From the NCBI GenBank assembly GCA_000004985.1, contig GG738904.1: 64,000 nucleotides of DNA; one strand, given 5' to 3'. The notes under the pieces were generated by a model that had not been told where the DNA came from, ran no database searches, and saw only the letters and a list, made by a program, of their open reading frames with translations. The position numbers and the translations under genes are program-made. This document shows, one piece after another, positions 22,167 to 35,352 of this stretch; the first letter of the stretch is position 1; each line of letters opens with the position of its first letter. Origin of the DNA: Naegleria gruberi. Its lineage: Eukaryota.

Positions 22167-23294
22167 ATGTTCGCAACTCATAACCACAACAATAATCAAT
22201 TCGTGCGTACTTCTCAGTATGAAGAAGAGGAAAATAACGATGTAGATTATCAAGGAGTTACCCATGTGCGTAGAATGATACCCATCATATTCAACAATCA
22301 AGAAGTTGGATATGAAGCCTTCGTATCAGAGGCAGGTGCTTCTTTCGATCAAGGAAATTCTTCTTCCTCATCAGCCACTACACCGTTCGCCTATGATGAT
22401 GAATATGATGATATCTCTCCAGAAGAGCAACAAAGGTGTCCAACCATGCTCATATACTTGAAGGGTTCTAATGGTGTCAAACGTAAAATTCTACAGGATA
22501 TTACTTGGGAATTATATCATTTTGATGGACTCATGATGCGTATCGGAAAACTCTTCCCACAAGAAGAACAAGTGAAAATTTCATGTGTAATTGGTAAATC
22601 ACGAAAAGTTGCCATTCAAAACGACGATGATTGGCAGCATGCTCTCCAACAATTGCTTTTAAATGATGAAACTATGATCAAGATATTCATCAAGAGTCAA
22701 AATCAACACCAACAGTCAAAAAAGAAGAATAAGAATCTCCTTCAAAAGATTGTTGACAAACAAGAAAAACAACAAGCAAGGAAACACTTTAAACAAGACG
22801 CTCTCATTGATACTTCTTCCATCAGGAATGTTTACATTGATGCTGGTAGTATTCTTCTCCACGTCCGTGATTTGAAGAGTCTTGCTTTTAACAGTGACAA
22901 GGATATTGCAGAGAAGACACTCCTCCGACTTGCAAAATCTCTCCATCAAACCGAATCATTCAACCACGTACACGTTTTCTTCAACTCCACCATGAATGTC
23001 CAACCAGAAGAGAATGAAGCAGGTACATTTGTTGTATCTATTGCTGAACCATTCTCCACTTCTGGTGACTTGATGAAGGAATTTTTAAACAGACAGATTA
23101 TAGCTGGCGCTTTGGAATCTTGTCTGGTTGTTTCTTGCGACCGTGTATTGTTAAAGGATTTGAATGATTATGGTGATGTGAAGGTTTGCAATGCTCGTTC
23201 TTGGTTTCGAATTTGTCAACATTCTGATGAGTTGATGATGACTAATAATCATAACAATTCCAAGGATTGGTTGAGAAATATATTAGTGAAATAG
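22167..23294 (+). CDS. hypothetical protein with a possible PB1/ubiquitin-like fold region
   Basis: 375-aa ORF with ATG at 22167. The segment MLIYLKGSNGVKRKILQDITWELYHFDGLMMRIGKLF...ISCVIGKSRKVAIQNDDDWQHAL resembles a PB1-type beta-grasp. The assignment is weak. Confidence 0.45.
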   Translation: MFATHNHNNNQFVRTSQYEEEENNDVDYQGVTHVRRMIPIIFNNQEVGYEAFVSEAGASFDQGNSSSSSATTPFAYDDEYDDISPEEQQRCPTMLIYLKGSNGVKRKILQDITWELYHFDGLMMRIGKLFPQEEQVKISCVIGKSRKVAIQNDDDWQHALQQLLLNDETMIKIFIKSQNQHQQSKKKNKNLLQKIVDKQEKQQARKHFKQDALIDTSSIRNVYIDAGSILLHVRDLKSLAFNSDKDIAEKTLLRLAKSLHQTESFNHVHVFFNSTMNVQPEENEAGTFVVSIAEPFSTSGDLMKEFLNRQIIAGALESCLVVSCDRVLLKDLNDYGDVKVCNARSWFRICQHSDELMMTNNHNNSKDWLRNILVK

Positions 23295-25625
23295 TTACTA
23301 GCCAATAATACCATTATTATCTCTACATTGTAAATATCCACCACTTCCAAATAAAACAAGTTTTCACATATCTCACACAATTTTAATTTACTAGAGCATC
23401 TCTACTAAACTTCATACTCAACCGAGAACTGTGAACATGAAGATAAGAAGATGAACTGCAACTTTTGTATGTCAAGACTGACACTAAAATATGTTCCATA
23501 TTTGTATGTCCACAACAATAACCAACCTGGATTTTGGAATGGTTAATATGGGCATAAAACGTGGATGCAAGAGATTCCACTCAATGTGTCTCAATTCTTC
23601 TCTTTCTGTCCAATCTTTCTATTTATTGAAACTTGTCATCACTTTCAGATTGGAGAATCATGCATTAACTGATCACTTGAATATACTACTTTTGAAATTA
23701 AAGAGAGAGGCAACTACAGCTCCGTTCCAATTCATTTTTCTTGGAGTTCAACTACAGTTTTTCAACAAACTGCTTGACCGTTTACAATCATTTACAAAAT
23801 ATTAATTATGAAAGTTGTTGGCAATTTACAGTTCAGAACAACTTCACCTCTCAAACCCTTAACTGCCAAACATCATTCAAACCTTAGATCATTTACAATT
23901 CGGTCATGGACTCTTTTGGCTAATTATCTATTATCTCCAAACTATGAAACCTATCCTCAACCATGCCTTACACTAATCACCAACTTTCGTTCCTACAAAA
24001 TTGACTAAGGTTGAGTGACTTGTTGATGGAAATCTCCCGCCAAATAAATTAAAAACTCAGAGACGTTACGTTTGAAAATTTTAAAAAAAAAGGCTAGAAA
24101 TCTTCCCTGCTGGTTTGATAAGAAGCCTCAAATGAAGAAGCCTTTTCATCATCAGAGTAATAATTTAATTTATAGTATGATAGTAGTATTTATTCCTAAT
24201 AGTAGTAATCAATGAAATGATCATTCTACTGTGATGCGATCAATATTCAATATATTATTAATATAATTCAAATAATTATTTAAATAAGCCTAAAGTGAAA
24301 AAAGCATCATGAATCATCAAAAACTGTAGATCATCATATGATCAATTACAATTTATCGTAAACAGAACTGATGGCCAACAATTTATTCAAAATGGCAGAA
24401 TTATCAGCATGAATCATTAATTATTCAAATTAATATTATTTTCGATCAATTTACTTTTTCTGATATCATGTTTCTTTTCATACTGTGCTTGCTGATTATT
24501 AAACCATAACAACAATTAACATACCAGAGGAGAACAATTCCCCCTCAATACCGCAATGACAATAGTACAAATTAATTCAACACAATACTGTTAATGGTAG
24601 AAAATTATACACTGTGGCCACACACGAACATAACCAGAATTGTACCTCTATTAATTATACTATCTAGTAATTATTGAACATATTATAATACTTAATGGTA
24701 TTTAACTGGGACAATAGCAATGAAATTCGAATATTTTCAAAATGTTTCATTTATTGAGACCTTTTATTGGTGATATGAATGTTGTGAATTTATTTTACAC
24801 CAGATTAGTTTTGAAAAACCTGAAAAGATGTTCATAGCACCTTATTTTATTTATGCACCAAAATTTCCATGTTTGTATTTTTGATCAATTACGTCTACAC
24901 CACATTTAAATACCGGAAATAACCATTTTAAAAAATTGTCATCTTTCCAGTCGTATTTGCATCCTTATGATGATGTTTCAACATGCAATCTTAGAGAGAT
25001 AATCATCTCTGTTCGTATTACTTCATTACTTCTGATATCATGTCATAATGATTGTATTTTTAAGTTATAGAGATACACTTCACTATTGTTACAATAGTGG
25101 AATTGAGGCGGGAATGACAGTTGGCAGTTAGTTAGTTGGCATTCAATATCTTTTATCTTGTACAACCAACTCAACGTTTGTTTCACAACAAATCATAGAA
25201 TATTCACTTTCAATGGCATTACCATTTTTCAAACTCAAATCTCCTATCATTAATAACTTCAAAACACCTCAACTATACCATACAACAAAACTTGGAGGAA
25301 TAGAATAAGATAATTACAGTGAAAATTCTTGTATTTGCTCTCAAATTACCCGATATAGAATTCTATTTACTCAGTTCGATTATAGAGTCCGTATCTTGTA
25401 CTATAAGAGAGATAATTTAGATTGGTTTAAAACATTTATGGCGTGAAGTTTGTACAATTCGATAATTCCAATAGATTCAACTTAAATTCATGGACCAACA
25501 ACAAATTGGTGGAGCAAAATGAATTTGGATTGGACGTCTGATGCCTCCCAAAAGTATAAATTCAAGCCAAACAGCAACATATTCCACCCAAAAACAAATC
25601 AAAAAAAAAACAACACACAAGTGAA

Positions 25626-26183
25626 ATGAACACTACTGCATCAAATAACTCTGCTCCAGTTTTTGGCAAGACCTCAACAACTAATAATCAATTACTTGAT
25701 ATTGATAATTTTTCCTTTACTGACATAATGTCTGCTGCTAGTCAATTTACTGATAACGCTTTTACTTTCTCTGAATCATCAACATATACTGTTGCTTGTT
25801 CAACTCCAAAGAAGAGAAAGATGAGTGCTAGATATGAAGACGAAATGGTCAATCAAGATGGTGATAACGAAGAACAACAATTAACTGTAACAACATCTTG
25901 TAAGAAAGTCAAAATGGAAACCTATACTGCTGCTACTTCTCCAACAAAGAAAAAGTTGCCAATCTTTAAACTCTCTGAAAATAAGACAAAAGATGCCAAT
26001 GTTGATCCAATGAACGCTGACTGTTCATCAATGAGTGCCTTGAAGGGAAATATGTTAGATTGCTTTAATTCAATTAATAGTATTGCTAGTGAATTGAATG
26101 ATGACTTTTTCAAATCATCAGTTTCTTCCTTTACTTCAGCTGATTTACAAGATTGTCTCAGTCTCTTGAATCAAAACTTTTAA
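25626..26183 (+). CDS. small S/T-rich protein with KKRK motif (paralog 1)
   Basis: 185-aa ORF standing alone in a gene-poor region. It shares TFSESSTYTVACSTPKKRKMSARYEDE and a C-terminal DCFN motif with the ORF at 29695..30093. Confidence 0.35.
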   Translation: MNTTASNNSAPVFGKTSTTNNQLLDIDNFSFTDIMSAASQFTDNAFTFSESSTYTVACSTPKKRKMSARYEDEMVNQDGDNEEQQLTVTTSCKKVKMETYTAATSPTKKKLPIFKLSENKTKDANVDPMNADCSSMSALKGNMLDCFNSINSIASELNDDFFKSSVSSFTSADLQDCLSLLNQNF

Positions 26184-29100
26184 TTCTCTCAACAATCAAA
26201 ACTTTTAATTCTCCTAACTGTACAGATTTAACTTGTAAATTAACTGTAATCTAACTCCCTCTAAGGTTGAATCAACTCTCATGGCTCAACAACTCTAAGA
26301 AATACTTTATGTATTCTAATAAATCAGAAAATCTTTGAAAAAACTTGAATTGTTTATTCTCTCCAATATTTAGTGAGATTTCTCTTCTCTGTAATGTATT
26401 CGAATCAAATGATGAATGCCCAAAGATTTGATCGTTTGTATTGTCGTCATCTTTACGAGAGGTATCACCATCACTGCTGAGAGCAACATCTACTTTAAGA
26501 TAGTTTACAAACCAAACTTGGCGCCAAAATTACAAAAATCTCTCGAGTCATCATTGTAATGGAATCCAAACTTGATGAAATCATAGACTATTATATTAAT
26601 TGATCAACCAGTAAGCAATACCAAATGCTGCTTTACAATTTCCTTTCAAATATTAACTTGCAAACAACATGAAAATCATCGGCGGTACTTAGTTGATTGC
26701 TGACATTAACTTCACTAACAATAAAGTTCAACAAATGCCTCATAACAAGTAGGAAATCACTCAAAGTAAGTGAACGGTTTTTTGTCATTGTACATTACTC
26801 ATAATGAAGTTCTTGATTCAAGTCCCATATTTTGGCAGGTATAGTGCTAAAGCGTAAGTAAAACTGTCAGATTTCATATTAAATTTGATAAAACATTAGT
26901 AAGATGTATAGCGTGTTCCAAAGAGAAGAGATTCTCTGTTCTTAAGTTCTTGTTGTTGATTATTATTGAAATTACCAACTTTAAAGTTTCCTAAAATGGT
27001 TAATTTGTGAACAAAATTAAAGGTATGTGAATAGATGATTCTTTACTGTAGATTGTTTTCATTTGTGGATGATTCTTACTGTAGATGACAATTTAGTTTG
27101 GAGTTTAGTTTCGTTTGTTGATTCGCTCCAATATTTGAGGCTAATGTCGTCATTGTCACCGCTTAATTATTGAAGATTGACATCATTTTAAATCATGGAA
27201 TTATTCCTCAGCTATTAATTATTCTTTAATCTGCTTGTTGCTCAATAAAAAAACCTGTCGATTAAGAACAAGTTTCGAATATCAGATTGAGTTGCTCATT
27301 TGGAGTTTGAACATGATAAATTAAATCAAACAATTGGAAAACTTGCAATTCTGTAAGATGACAAGCTGTAGACGATTATTGTATGAATGTATAATAATTA
27401 GTTTGTAAAATCTATTCGAATGTATATTCATCTTCAGAGGAAGCACTAACACATGGCAATTAACTTTTCTTTTTGGCTAATCCGAGCGTTTCGAATAAGT
27501 GGAATATTGATCACAAAGTAGTAAATTTTCAACTATTTGTGAAATGATTCTCATTCGTGGGATGAGCGACATGTCGTTGATCAAAATTATCAGAAACTGG
27601 ACTAAACACGATGTTGTTGATAATTCTCATCCGAAATAAATGAGAGAATATATTGTAATTCAATGAAATGGTCAATCAGATTCTTATTTTCACTTGAATA
27701 ACCGTAGATGTTACTGTAGTTTCGTTTCGAATGTAAACTAATCTGCAAGTGAAGCCCAATATTCAGATTCTCTTCAGTATCATATCACAATTCAGCCAGA
27801 TACTGATCCTCATCATCCATTTACCATAATTCCAATAGATGTCAAACTGTAGTGACCTTTCTTACAAAGAGTGGACGAAAGCTTTAGTATTTGATATTCA
27901 AGATGATAAATCATGCAACTCAATAAGCAGTAGTTTCTGCAATTGACTGGAGAATATTCATTAGATACTTTAATTTGCAAGCGTTCCAAATTCTGCAATC
28001 ATATCATAAATCTTCAAAAATATCTGAAACTGAACTAAAGTGGATCAAGGAAATCAAAAAAACATGATTCGTTAGATTTTTCAGTGAATATACAGTGTGA
28101 TTGTAAAACTGAGGAATACATTAGAATTGTTCTACATGCATAAAAATTGTAAATTTACTGTAGTTCGAAAGTGAACTAATGTGAAACGATTCTTCAGATC
28201 AATAAAAGGATAATATCACCCATGAGCAGATAGCTATCTCTCTTCCATCTATTTCACATGTTCAACGATTAAAATTCACTTCAAACTCTTTTTCACATGG
28301 TTTGTAAACTTTCGAATAAGTTTTTATACAATAAATCGACAACTTTCAAAGAATCTTCAAAACTTACTATTCTTGTTGAGCTGTCATCAATGAAAATAGT
28401 TATACGCCAAACATTGATAATTAGAAAGTTACCATCTTTTGCAGAGGATGAAGTTCCCTGTCAAATAATTGGCAAGTCACCTGCCAGTAAATAAAACTCT
28501 AATTTAAAGTGTAAAATTTACTTGTTTTTCAATTATGTTTCAACTCTGTCGATATTTAAACATTGTATCAGTTTCGGATTATACTTTCGAATAGCTGTTC
28601 TCAGGCTGTCATTCGAATAGGATTAATTTTCTTGATTTGGTAGTCCTATATCCGTATCAAAGATTCTTGTAGCCAATAATTTATGTTGTAAGTTGGAATC
28701 TTGATTAATTACCATTCTATATTTTCGCTATTCGAATTATGTTTCGTATACGAATTATTGGACTTGTGAAATTAAAGATATATTCAAATGTTGCTCCTGC
28801 TCTATTGTTATCCAGTTGTGGTTGATCATGTTTCCTAACATGTTCCTCAACTCGTCATCTCACCTATTATCCATTCTTGGAATTTCAAAAACCTCAATTA
28901 TTCGAAACTCATTGTAATCGAATGCAAATTAATAAAAGAAGAACTGCATTTCATCATTGATATCAATTCCATTCTTTTTGAAATTCACTGTAGATTAATC
29001 TCTATTCGAAACTACAGTTAGTGAACTAGTGTGTGAGTGGGGAGAAATCAATAAGAACGCAACAGATACGAAACTTGAAGGAACTATCCAAACACAATCA

Positions 29101-29694
29101 CTTTCAATCAACGGTGAAAAGTAACTAATTAGAAATTCGTAAATACGAAATAAAACTAATGTCTCTGTCACTTGTTATTTTATTTCTAACGTATTTTGAA
29201 TTGACAGATAGCTAGCCGGCATTGTGCAAAATCCATTCATTCATGAAAATAATCATTTATTTAGCTCTGTAATCATTTAACAGCTTTTTCAATAAATTGA
29301 TAAAACATTTGGCAGTTGACAGCTCTTTTAAACAGCCAACCTCAAATTTTTGACTTATCTATCACGAATAAACTTGATTTCATCTTGAAAATACTCGAAT
29401 TATTTTCTTTGACTTGTTTTATACTGAAATAAACCATAAATACAGAAATTTTGAATCTCCCAGAATTGATTCTATTATTTCTAAAACGGAATCTAATTAC
29501 ACTTTGAGTGATTATCATCTTCATACAGCTGAAAACTTTTTCATGGTCCACAGAATTAACATTTTCAATCCTTCTTCCTTTTTCTGTCATTGACAAGTGA
29601 CAAGATCATGGACAGTATAAATATCAACGAATTTTGTGCATCAAATGATTCAACAACACAAACAAAAAAAAACAACAAGAACAACAAAGCAAAA

Positions 29695-30093
29695 ATGAGC
29701 TCAACTGCTATCCAAACTCCAACTTTCTCCATGACAATGATCTATGACGTTGCTGCTTCAAATGATAAGAAGAGAAAAACTTCTCCAGTCAGCGAAGAAG
29801 AACATCAAATTGCCAACTGTCAACCAAGAAAATCAATCAAAGCTTCATCATCAACATCTCCTTCAAGAAAGAACAAAACAATTCCTAGAGTTGAAAGTCC
29901 AAAACAACAACCTGCTCTCCGTACTAGTGGTTGTACTTTGAATGCTGTCAATAATCAAGAATTATTGACATCTGTCTACTCAATTGAACAAAATATCAAA
30001 GATTGTTTGAATGAATTGAAGGGAATGGAAGAATTTGGTTTCTCTTCTGAATTGAGCATGGAATTTGAACAAGCTTTCTCCATGTTACATTAA
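29695..30093 (+). CDS. small S/T-rich protein with KKRK motif (paralog 2)
   Basis: The internal ATG at 29695 (aaaaATGagc) aligns with paralog 1: PTFSMTMIYDVAASNDKKRKTSPVSEEE ... DCLNELKG. The longer ORF from 29590 is also possible. Confidence 0.35.
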   Translation: MSSTAIQTPTFSMTMIYDVAASNDKKRKTSPVSEEEHQIANCQPRKSIKASSSTSPSRKNKTIPRVESPKQQPALRTSGCTLNAVNNQELLTSVYSIEQNIKDCLNELKGMEEFGFSSELSMEFEQAFSMLH

Positions 30094-31264
30094 GTCAACT
30101 GTCAATTTGACATCTAGGAATTTTGAATCGATAATTGTGATTCAAAATTTGTAAATTTATTCGAATGTAAAATAAGAACAACAACAACAACTCTAGGCAA
30201 ACATCGTACTCACACAAGTAGTACCAAGCGAGAAGAAACATACACTTCCTTCTCAATATTCCAATTTTGTAAAATTTTTGATCATTATAAATTATTATTT
30301 CTTTAAAAGTTTATTCAATTTCTTAAAAAGTGTTCGAAATAAAGTTTCTAAAAGTATTCGAATCAAAACTAAATATTAAGTGAACATTCATCCGCAACAA
30401 ATAGGATCAGCATTTAATTCTCCAAATAAGGGTGTAATGAAATTCAGTGATCACAAACAAGGTGATGAAAATGATAAATATTGTTAATAGCAATTTTCCA
30501 CTAATTTCAAGGCATACAATTGACAATAAAGGAGTGATTTCGCCTGCAACAGATGGATTTGGTTGTGTGACGGTTCATTGCGTGAGGAGTGTTTGCTAAT
30601 ACAATTGATTTTACAATTTCGAATGGAAGAGTGGATGATAGGGACTTGAAGTTTGTAGTGGATCCTTAATACAACACGAATTGAAAAGCATCATGTACAG
30701 AGCTACCTTTTGGTTGTAATTCACGTGTTGGTTTTCCAGAGTTTCGTCTCCTCCAATGGCACAAGTGCTTCATTCTCTAACAGTTCTGAAAGTCTTGCCA
30801 TGATACGAACGTACTTTCACTATTTCTGATAACATGATATTCTCCAATATATTTGAATCTTAACTACGATAGTTAGGGAAATAAATAATTTACAAATCAT
30901 TTTGGTGGAAAAGAGCTTTTTAATTATCTCAGTAATATCATTACCTGTCCACCCATATGAGTTGTCAACAAGTTTCAGAAACTTAACCTCATCACTGGTC
31001 ATGTAGAGCATATTCTTCTCTGAATTCATAAAATTGACAATATTATTAAATGTTATTGTAAACATAAACAATGGAACACAAATGAAGAAAGTAATCTCTT
31101 CCTTTGTTTCATTGTTTTTATATTTTATAATAATATTAGTAACCTTGTTACTTTGTTACTTGCTTAATTAAGATACCGCTCGTTCAAAATCAGTGCCATT
31201 TACATAAATGAGTTGCGACCTAGATGCTCAAATACGAAACATCAAAAAAAATTAAACAACTATA

Positions 31265-32276
31265 ATGCATTCCTCCTCTTTGAAGAGATTACCTTCACAG
31301 CAACTTGTGTTGATGTTTGGCATGTTTGCAGTGATGGCTCACTTAGTATTTGGTCAAAACATATTCACCCAAAACTTTAAACAGGCCATCAATGCTGCAA
31401 CCAATGAGTACAGTCATTCTCAGGAATGGAATTCTTACAAGGCAAGTCTTGGTTACACCTTTCCTGTTCCTACTTGTACCACAAGTGCTAATGACGCTGT
31501 TTATCCACAAGTATTCAATTGGACATTGAATGAGCTAGTTCTTTGCTATGAAATGGAAGCAGAAGATCCATGGCCAATGATGCATGAAAAGGCAGGGACA
31601 ATTACTTGTCAAGGCATTGAAAAATCATTACAATATCTTCAATTTGACAGCTAATTTCTTAATTCTCAATACCTCACAATCAGGATATTTCCCAACATTG
31701 AAAAATGCTGTTCAGAGTTCAATCTGTCATGTTGCTATTGCGTCCACAAACTATGAAGAAAGTAGAGCTAGTGAAGTTGACTTCCAATGTAAGTATTATT
31801 AAGAGATATAGTTCTCTAACACATGTGTAGGTCCATATGGAACAAGTTATACAGGAATATTGAGATCAGAACGTGATAATAACACCATACTAACCACACC
31901 TTCCGATCTTAACAAGGAAGGAATAATTGTTGCAGCTCCTTATTTGACAACTTCCTATGAGTATGCAAAATCCAATTTTCCAAAAGCAACCATCCTATCA
32001 AACTTTGGCTATAAAACTGCCTATAAAATGGTTTTTACTAAGGAGGTCCATGCTGTGGTTGGTGATTACATTGAAATGAGTGAATGGTTGGAAGCAAATA
32101 AGGGAAATTGCTCTCGTTGTTATATGAAAATTACAGATTCTTCTCAGAATTTCGGATCTTTCACAGCCAAATTTTCGGTATCATCAGCGAGAAGTAGCCT
32201 TCTGTATGGAGAGCCAATTATTGTTCTTCTTGATGATGATTATTGGTTTAATGGCAATCTATTAGAATTCTTATAA
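31265..32276 (+). CDS. secreted protein, possibly a type-3 solute-binding-protein-like (periplasmic binding protein) fold; three exons
   Basis: The signal peptide is MHSSSLKRLPSQQLVLMFGMFAVMAHLVFG. The exons are 31265..31607, 31651..31788 and 31831..32276. The introns are 31608..31650 (43 nt, weak GTCAAG donor, phase 1) and 31789..31830 (42 nt, GTAAGT...GTAG, phase 1). They join three ORFs that lie in different frames. The C-terminal GIIVAAPYLTTSYEYAKSNFPKATILSNFGYKTAYKMVFTKEVHAVVGDYIEMSEWLEANKGN resembles SBP_bac_3 lobe 2, so the fold call is tentative. Confidence 0.4.
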
Positions 32277-32644
32277 AAAAGGCTCCACAAGGTTGAAACC
32301 TTGTTGATCAAACAATTTATATTACTATTATTTTATTACTATTCATTGTTGTTGTTAATTCTCTTGGTGATTAAGCCATCACGAATTGATGATATTTTTT
32401 TTATTTAAATTTTAAATTCAAAAAATTGGCGCCAAGTTTCATCAACGGTTTTAACAACATATTATTTTATGTGAAGGAAATGTCGTGATGATGGATTTTA
32501 TTGTGTAGTATTTGATGTTAATAAGCAATTCCGAGAGTCGGATGAATTTATAATACCTTACCGATTTTTTAAATAATTATTACAATTTATTAATTATTAA
32601 TTGCTTTTCCAAGAATTATTATTTACAAATCATTATTATATACA

Positions 32645-34396
32645 TTATTTGGTCGGAATTTTAAGTGAATCCAGATTCAAATCACTTCTCAAATTCTTCA
32701 CCTTATTACTCTCAAACTTGACCTTATTCTTCTTAACATGTTGCTTTTGAGTTTGTTTCTGAAATTCCACAGTTTGCTTGAATCGATGATGAGTATCCAA
32801 CATCAAGACACATATTTCACTTTCCACATTATCAAACAGAGTATCAGTCAAATGTTCATTCTCACCACTTGCAAAGTAATCCAATTGTTCCTTAACTCTA
32901 TCTGCAGCACTCTTATTAATATTCACTGATTTGTCTCCATTGATATCGAGGAAATCAGTGTAAATTTCAAAGGCAATTTCGTACTTTTTCTTTTCAATTT
33001 CATGGAGATCCTTCTCAGTGTAGCCCTTCTTCTTCTTCTTTTTGTGTTGATGGTCCAAGTTGGAGGAGTTGGCAGTTGCAGAGCTACCTGAATCGGAGAG
33101 AGAATCAGAATGAGAATTTGGACTCATGTCATCATAGAGGAATACTTGAATTTCAAAGGACTTTTCACACAGGATTTTGTAATCTGTAATTTTGTCCAAT
33201 AGTAAGTAATTATCCAAACTCAATTCTTGTTTACAATGGTCCCTGAATAGCTTTCTCAATTTGTTATCCCTCATAGTATCCATCAAGAGGAAGGCGTTGG
33301 CTGCCTTGAGCTTTTTCGTATTACTTGCATCCTTTCGAATAGAGACAATGATTGAGGCAATCACTGATGGCAACACAATGCAAATGGAAACACACACCAC
33401 AATGAGTGAAATTGTAGTGATGGTTACATTAACGCTTCGAGAACTATCTTCCAATTCATTCAGATAGTCAACTGTTGGCTGGAATTCTTCACTGTATCCT
33501 GCAATGTCATATTTGTAAGCGTCAGATTCTAATAACGTCATGGCATATGAATAGTTTCCAATATTTGCCAATTCTAACATTTGAGTTTCAAGAGCAATGG
33601 CCTTGGAAGTTCTCAAATCAGCAACTGAAACATTATGAGTATAGGTATATCGCAAATTAGTTGGCAAATAGGCCAACATTTTCGTAATTTCAGTATTGAA
33701 CTTGGTCTTACTCGTTTCGTATTTTGCAGTATAATTGGCTGTCAGTTGCAAATTGTTATTGGTATAGACAGATGATCTGCAAGCTGCCACCATTCTTTCT
33801 CTATACAATGTAATGTTCAAATCCATACTACCAATTGCTGTTTGTAATTCCGAGTTGACCACATAGTAAGCCACAATCAGGATAAGAAGAGCCATAAAGG
33901 CAAGGAAATTTACAATAAGGGAACTCAAATTCAAAAATTTGACAGGAGTCAATTCAATCGTGGAACCGAAACAAGTTCTAATTTTGAGCATGGTTGTGGA
34001 GGAATGACTTTTAGTGGTAGTCTTTGAACCAATACCAGAGGCAGATCTAGGTTGTTTCTTCTCACCATTATATGGATTACCAGTTGCCACATCATGTTCC
34101 TCAGCAAAATTGGCATTTCTATTCGATTTGTCCATCAGAGCCATCGATCTCATCTCAATGGACACAGAACTGGACTGATGCAAATGATTATTATCATGAG
34201 ATTGCAAAGAACTCGTCGAAGTATTCAAATCAGTTGGCAAATGATGAGAACCATTGGCATAAAGTGAATAATCACAATTATTTGGATCAATTTTGTGAAG
34301 TTCTTCAATGACATTTTGGATGGTTGACTTTTCATGGAGTGAATTCGAAGGAGTGGAAAGAGAAGGATGTTCTGTGATATTCTCTTGTTGCTGCAT
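32645..34396 (-). CDS. two-TM sensor-type RGS-domain protein
   Basis: The first ATG is at 34396 (MQQQENITEHP...). TM1 is LIVNFLAFMALLILIVAYYVV, followed by an extracytoplasmic domain of about 190 aa, then TM2 ISLIVVCVSICIVLPSVIASIIV. The C-terminal RGS domain reads LRKLFRDHCKQELSLDNYLLLDKITDYK...EIAFEIYTDFLDINGDKSVNINKSAADRVKEQL...ICVLMLDTHHRFKQT and carries a low-complexity insert. Confidence 0.6.
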   Translation of the reverse strand: MQQQENITEHPSLSTPSNSLHEKSTIQNVIEELHKIDPNNCDYSLYANGSHHLPTDLNTSTSSLQSHDNNHLHQSSSVSIEMRSMALMDKSNRNANFAEEHDVATGNPYNGEKKQPRSASGIGSKTTTKSHSSTTMLKIRTCFGSTIELTPVKFLNLSSLIVNFLAFMALLILIVAYYVVNSELQTAIGSMDLNITLYRERMVAACRSSVYTNNNLQLTANYTAKYETSKTKFNTEITKMLAYLPTNLRYTYTHNVSVADLRTSKAIALETQMLELANIGNYSYAMTLLESDAYKYDIAGYSEEFQPTVDYLNELEDSSRSVNVTITTISLIVVCVSICIVLPSVIASIIVSIRKDASNTKKLKAANAFLLMDTMRDNKLRKLFRDHCKQELSLDNYLLLDKITDYKILCEKSFEIQVFLYDDMSPNSHSDSLSDSGSSATANSSNLDHQHKKKKKKGYTEKDLHEIEKKKYEIAFEIYTDFLDINGDKSVNINKSAADRVKEQLDYFASGENEHLTDTLFDNVESEICVLMLDTHHRFKQTVEFQKQTQKQHVKKNKVKFESNKVKNLRSDLNLDSLKIPTK

Positions 34397-35352
34397 TTTG
34401 GGAGGTGATTGAGTTGGATTGTTTTTTTGAGTTTGGATATTCAATAGTATGGAGGGTTATTAATATCACAATAGTTTTGAATAGCTTGTGTGTGATAAGA
34501 AGATGAAGATTAAATGTGCGCGCTGTTGGGTTAATGTAATAGAGCATGTAAGAGATTGAGAAAAGGAGTCCTTCATCTTATTTACAATTAGTTTCGTACT
34601 TCTAACAACTCCATTGGAAACTGGTTGGAAAATTCCCAAATTCAAACATTCAAGCATTGCAGCTTTGTTAAATATCAAACATAAAAGTCATTTGTAAAGT
34701 ACGTCCACTCTTTCGCGCACTAAATTTTTGACTCATGTGAAAAATCGATGGTCAATTGTTACGTTCTTGCATGAAGCGGTATTTTAAAATTAAGATCCTC
34801 ATGTGGTAAAGTAAATGAGAATTTGTTGATTTGGAGACATTTTAGGAAGATGACAGTTCTCCCATAACGAAGAAGCGTACTGATTGAAATTGTTCTTTGG
34901 TTTCGAATAATGTTAATATTACTGTAGTTTAATGTTAGAACTGTAGTTTCTGTTCACTGTGAAATATTTCCGCCACCAACACTTACTGCAACAAAATTAC
35001 GTAGAAATCACACTCGGGATGAAAAGAGATTAATCTCCACTGGTATTTTAAAGTAATATTTAATTATTCGAATGGTTTCTTATTCTATAACTAAGGTCAA
35101 ATTACTTGCCGATTTTAGAACGTCGACATTCGGCGAAAGAGAGATTGAGCCGAATAACAAAACTTTCCATAAATTTTCACTGCATGACCAATTTATTTGA
35201 TATTGGAAACTGATATTGACGCAGACGAAACAATTCTTCACTCGCATTACATTGTTTTGTGTGGATATACTTGTCTAATTTTCTTCTCTGGATGTAATTT
35301 TCATCTACAGTGAACCCAGTCGAAACTGTAGATTGATGGTTTGTTGATTCGT

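Noticed and set aside
23383-24008. Several 60-100-aa ORFs in the gene-poor region (23383..23580, 23491..23805, 23808..24008, 27813..27998, 28297..28494, 29342..29596)
   Set aside because: They have no start context, domain, paralogy or coding-like composition. These are expected by chance in AT-rich DNA, even with frequent stops.
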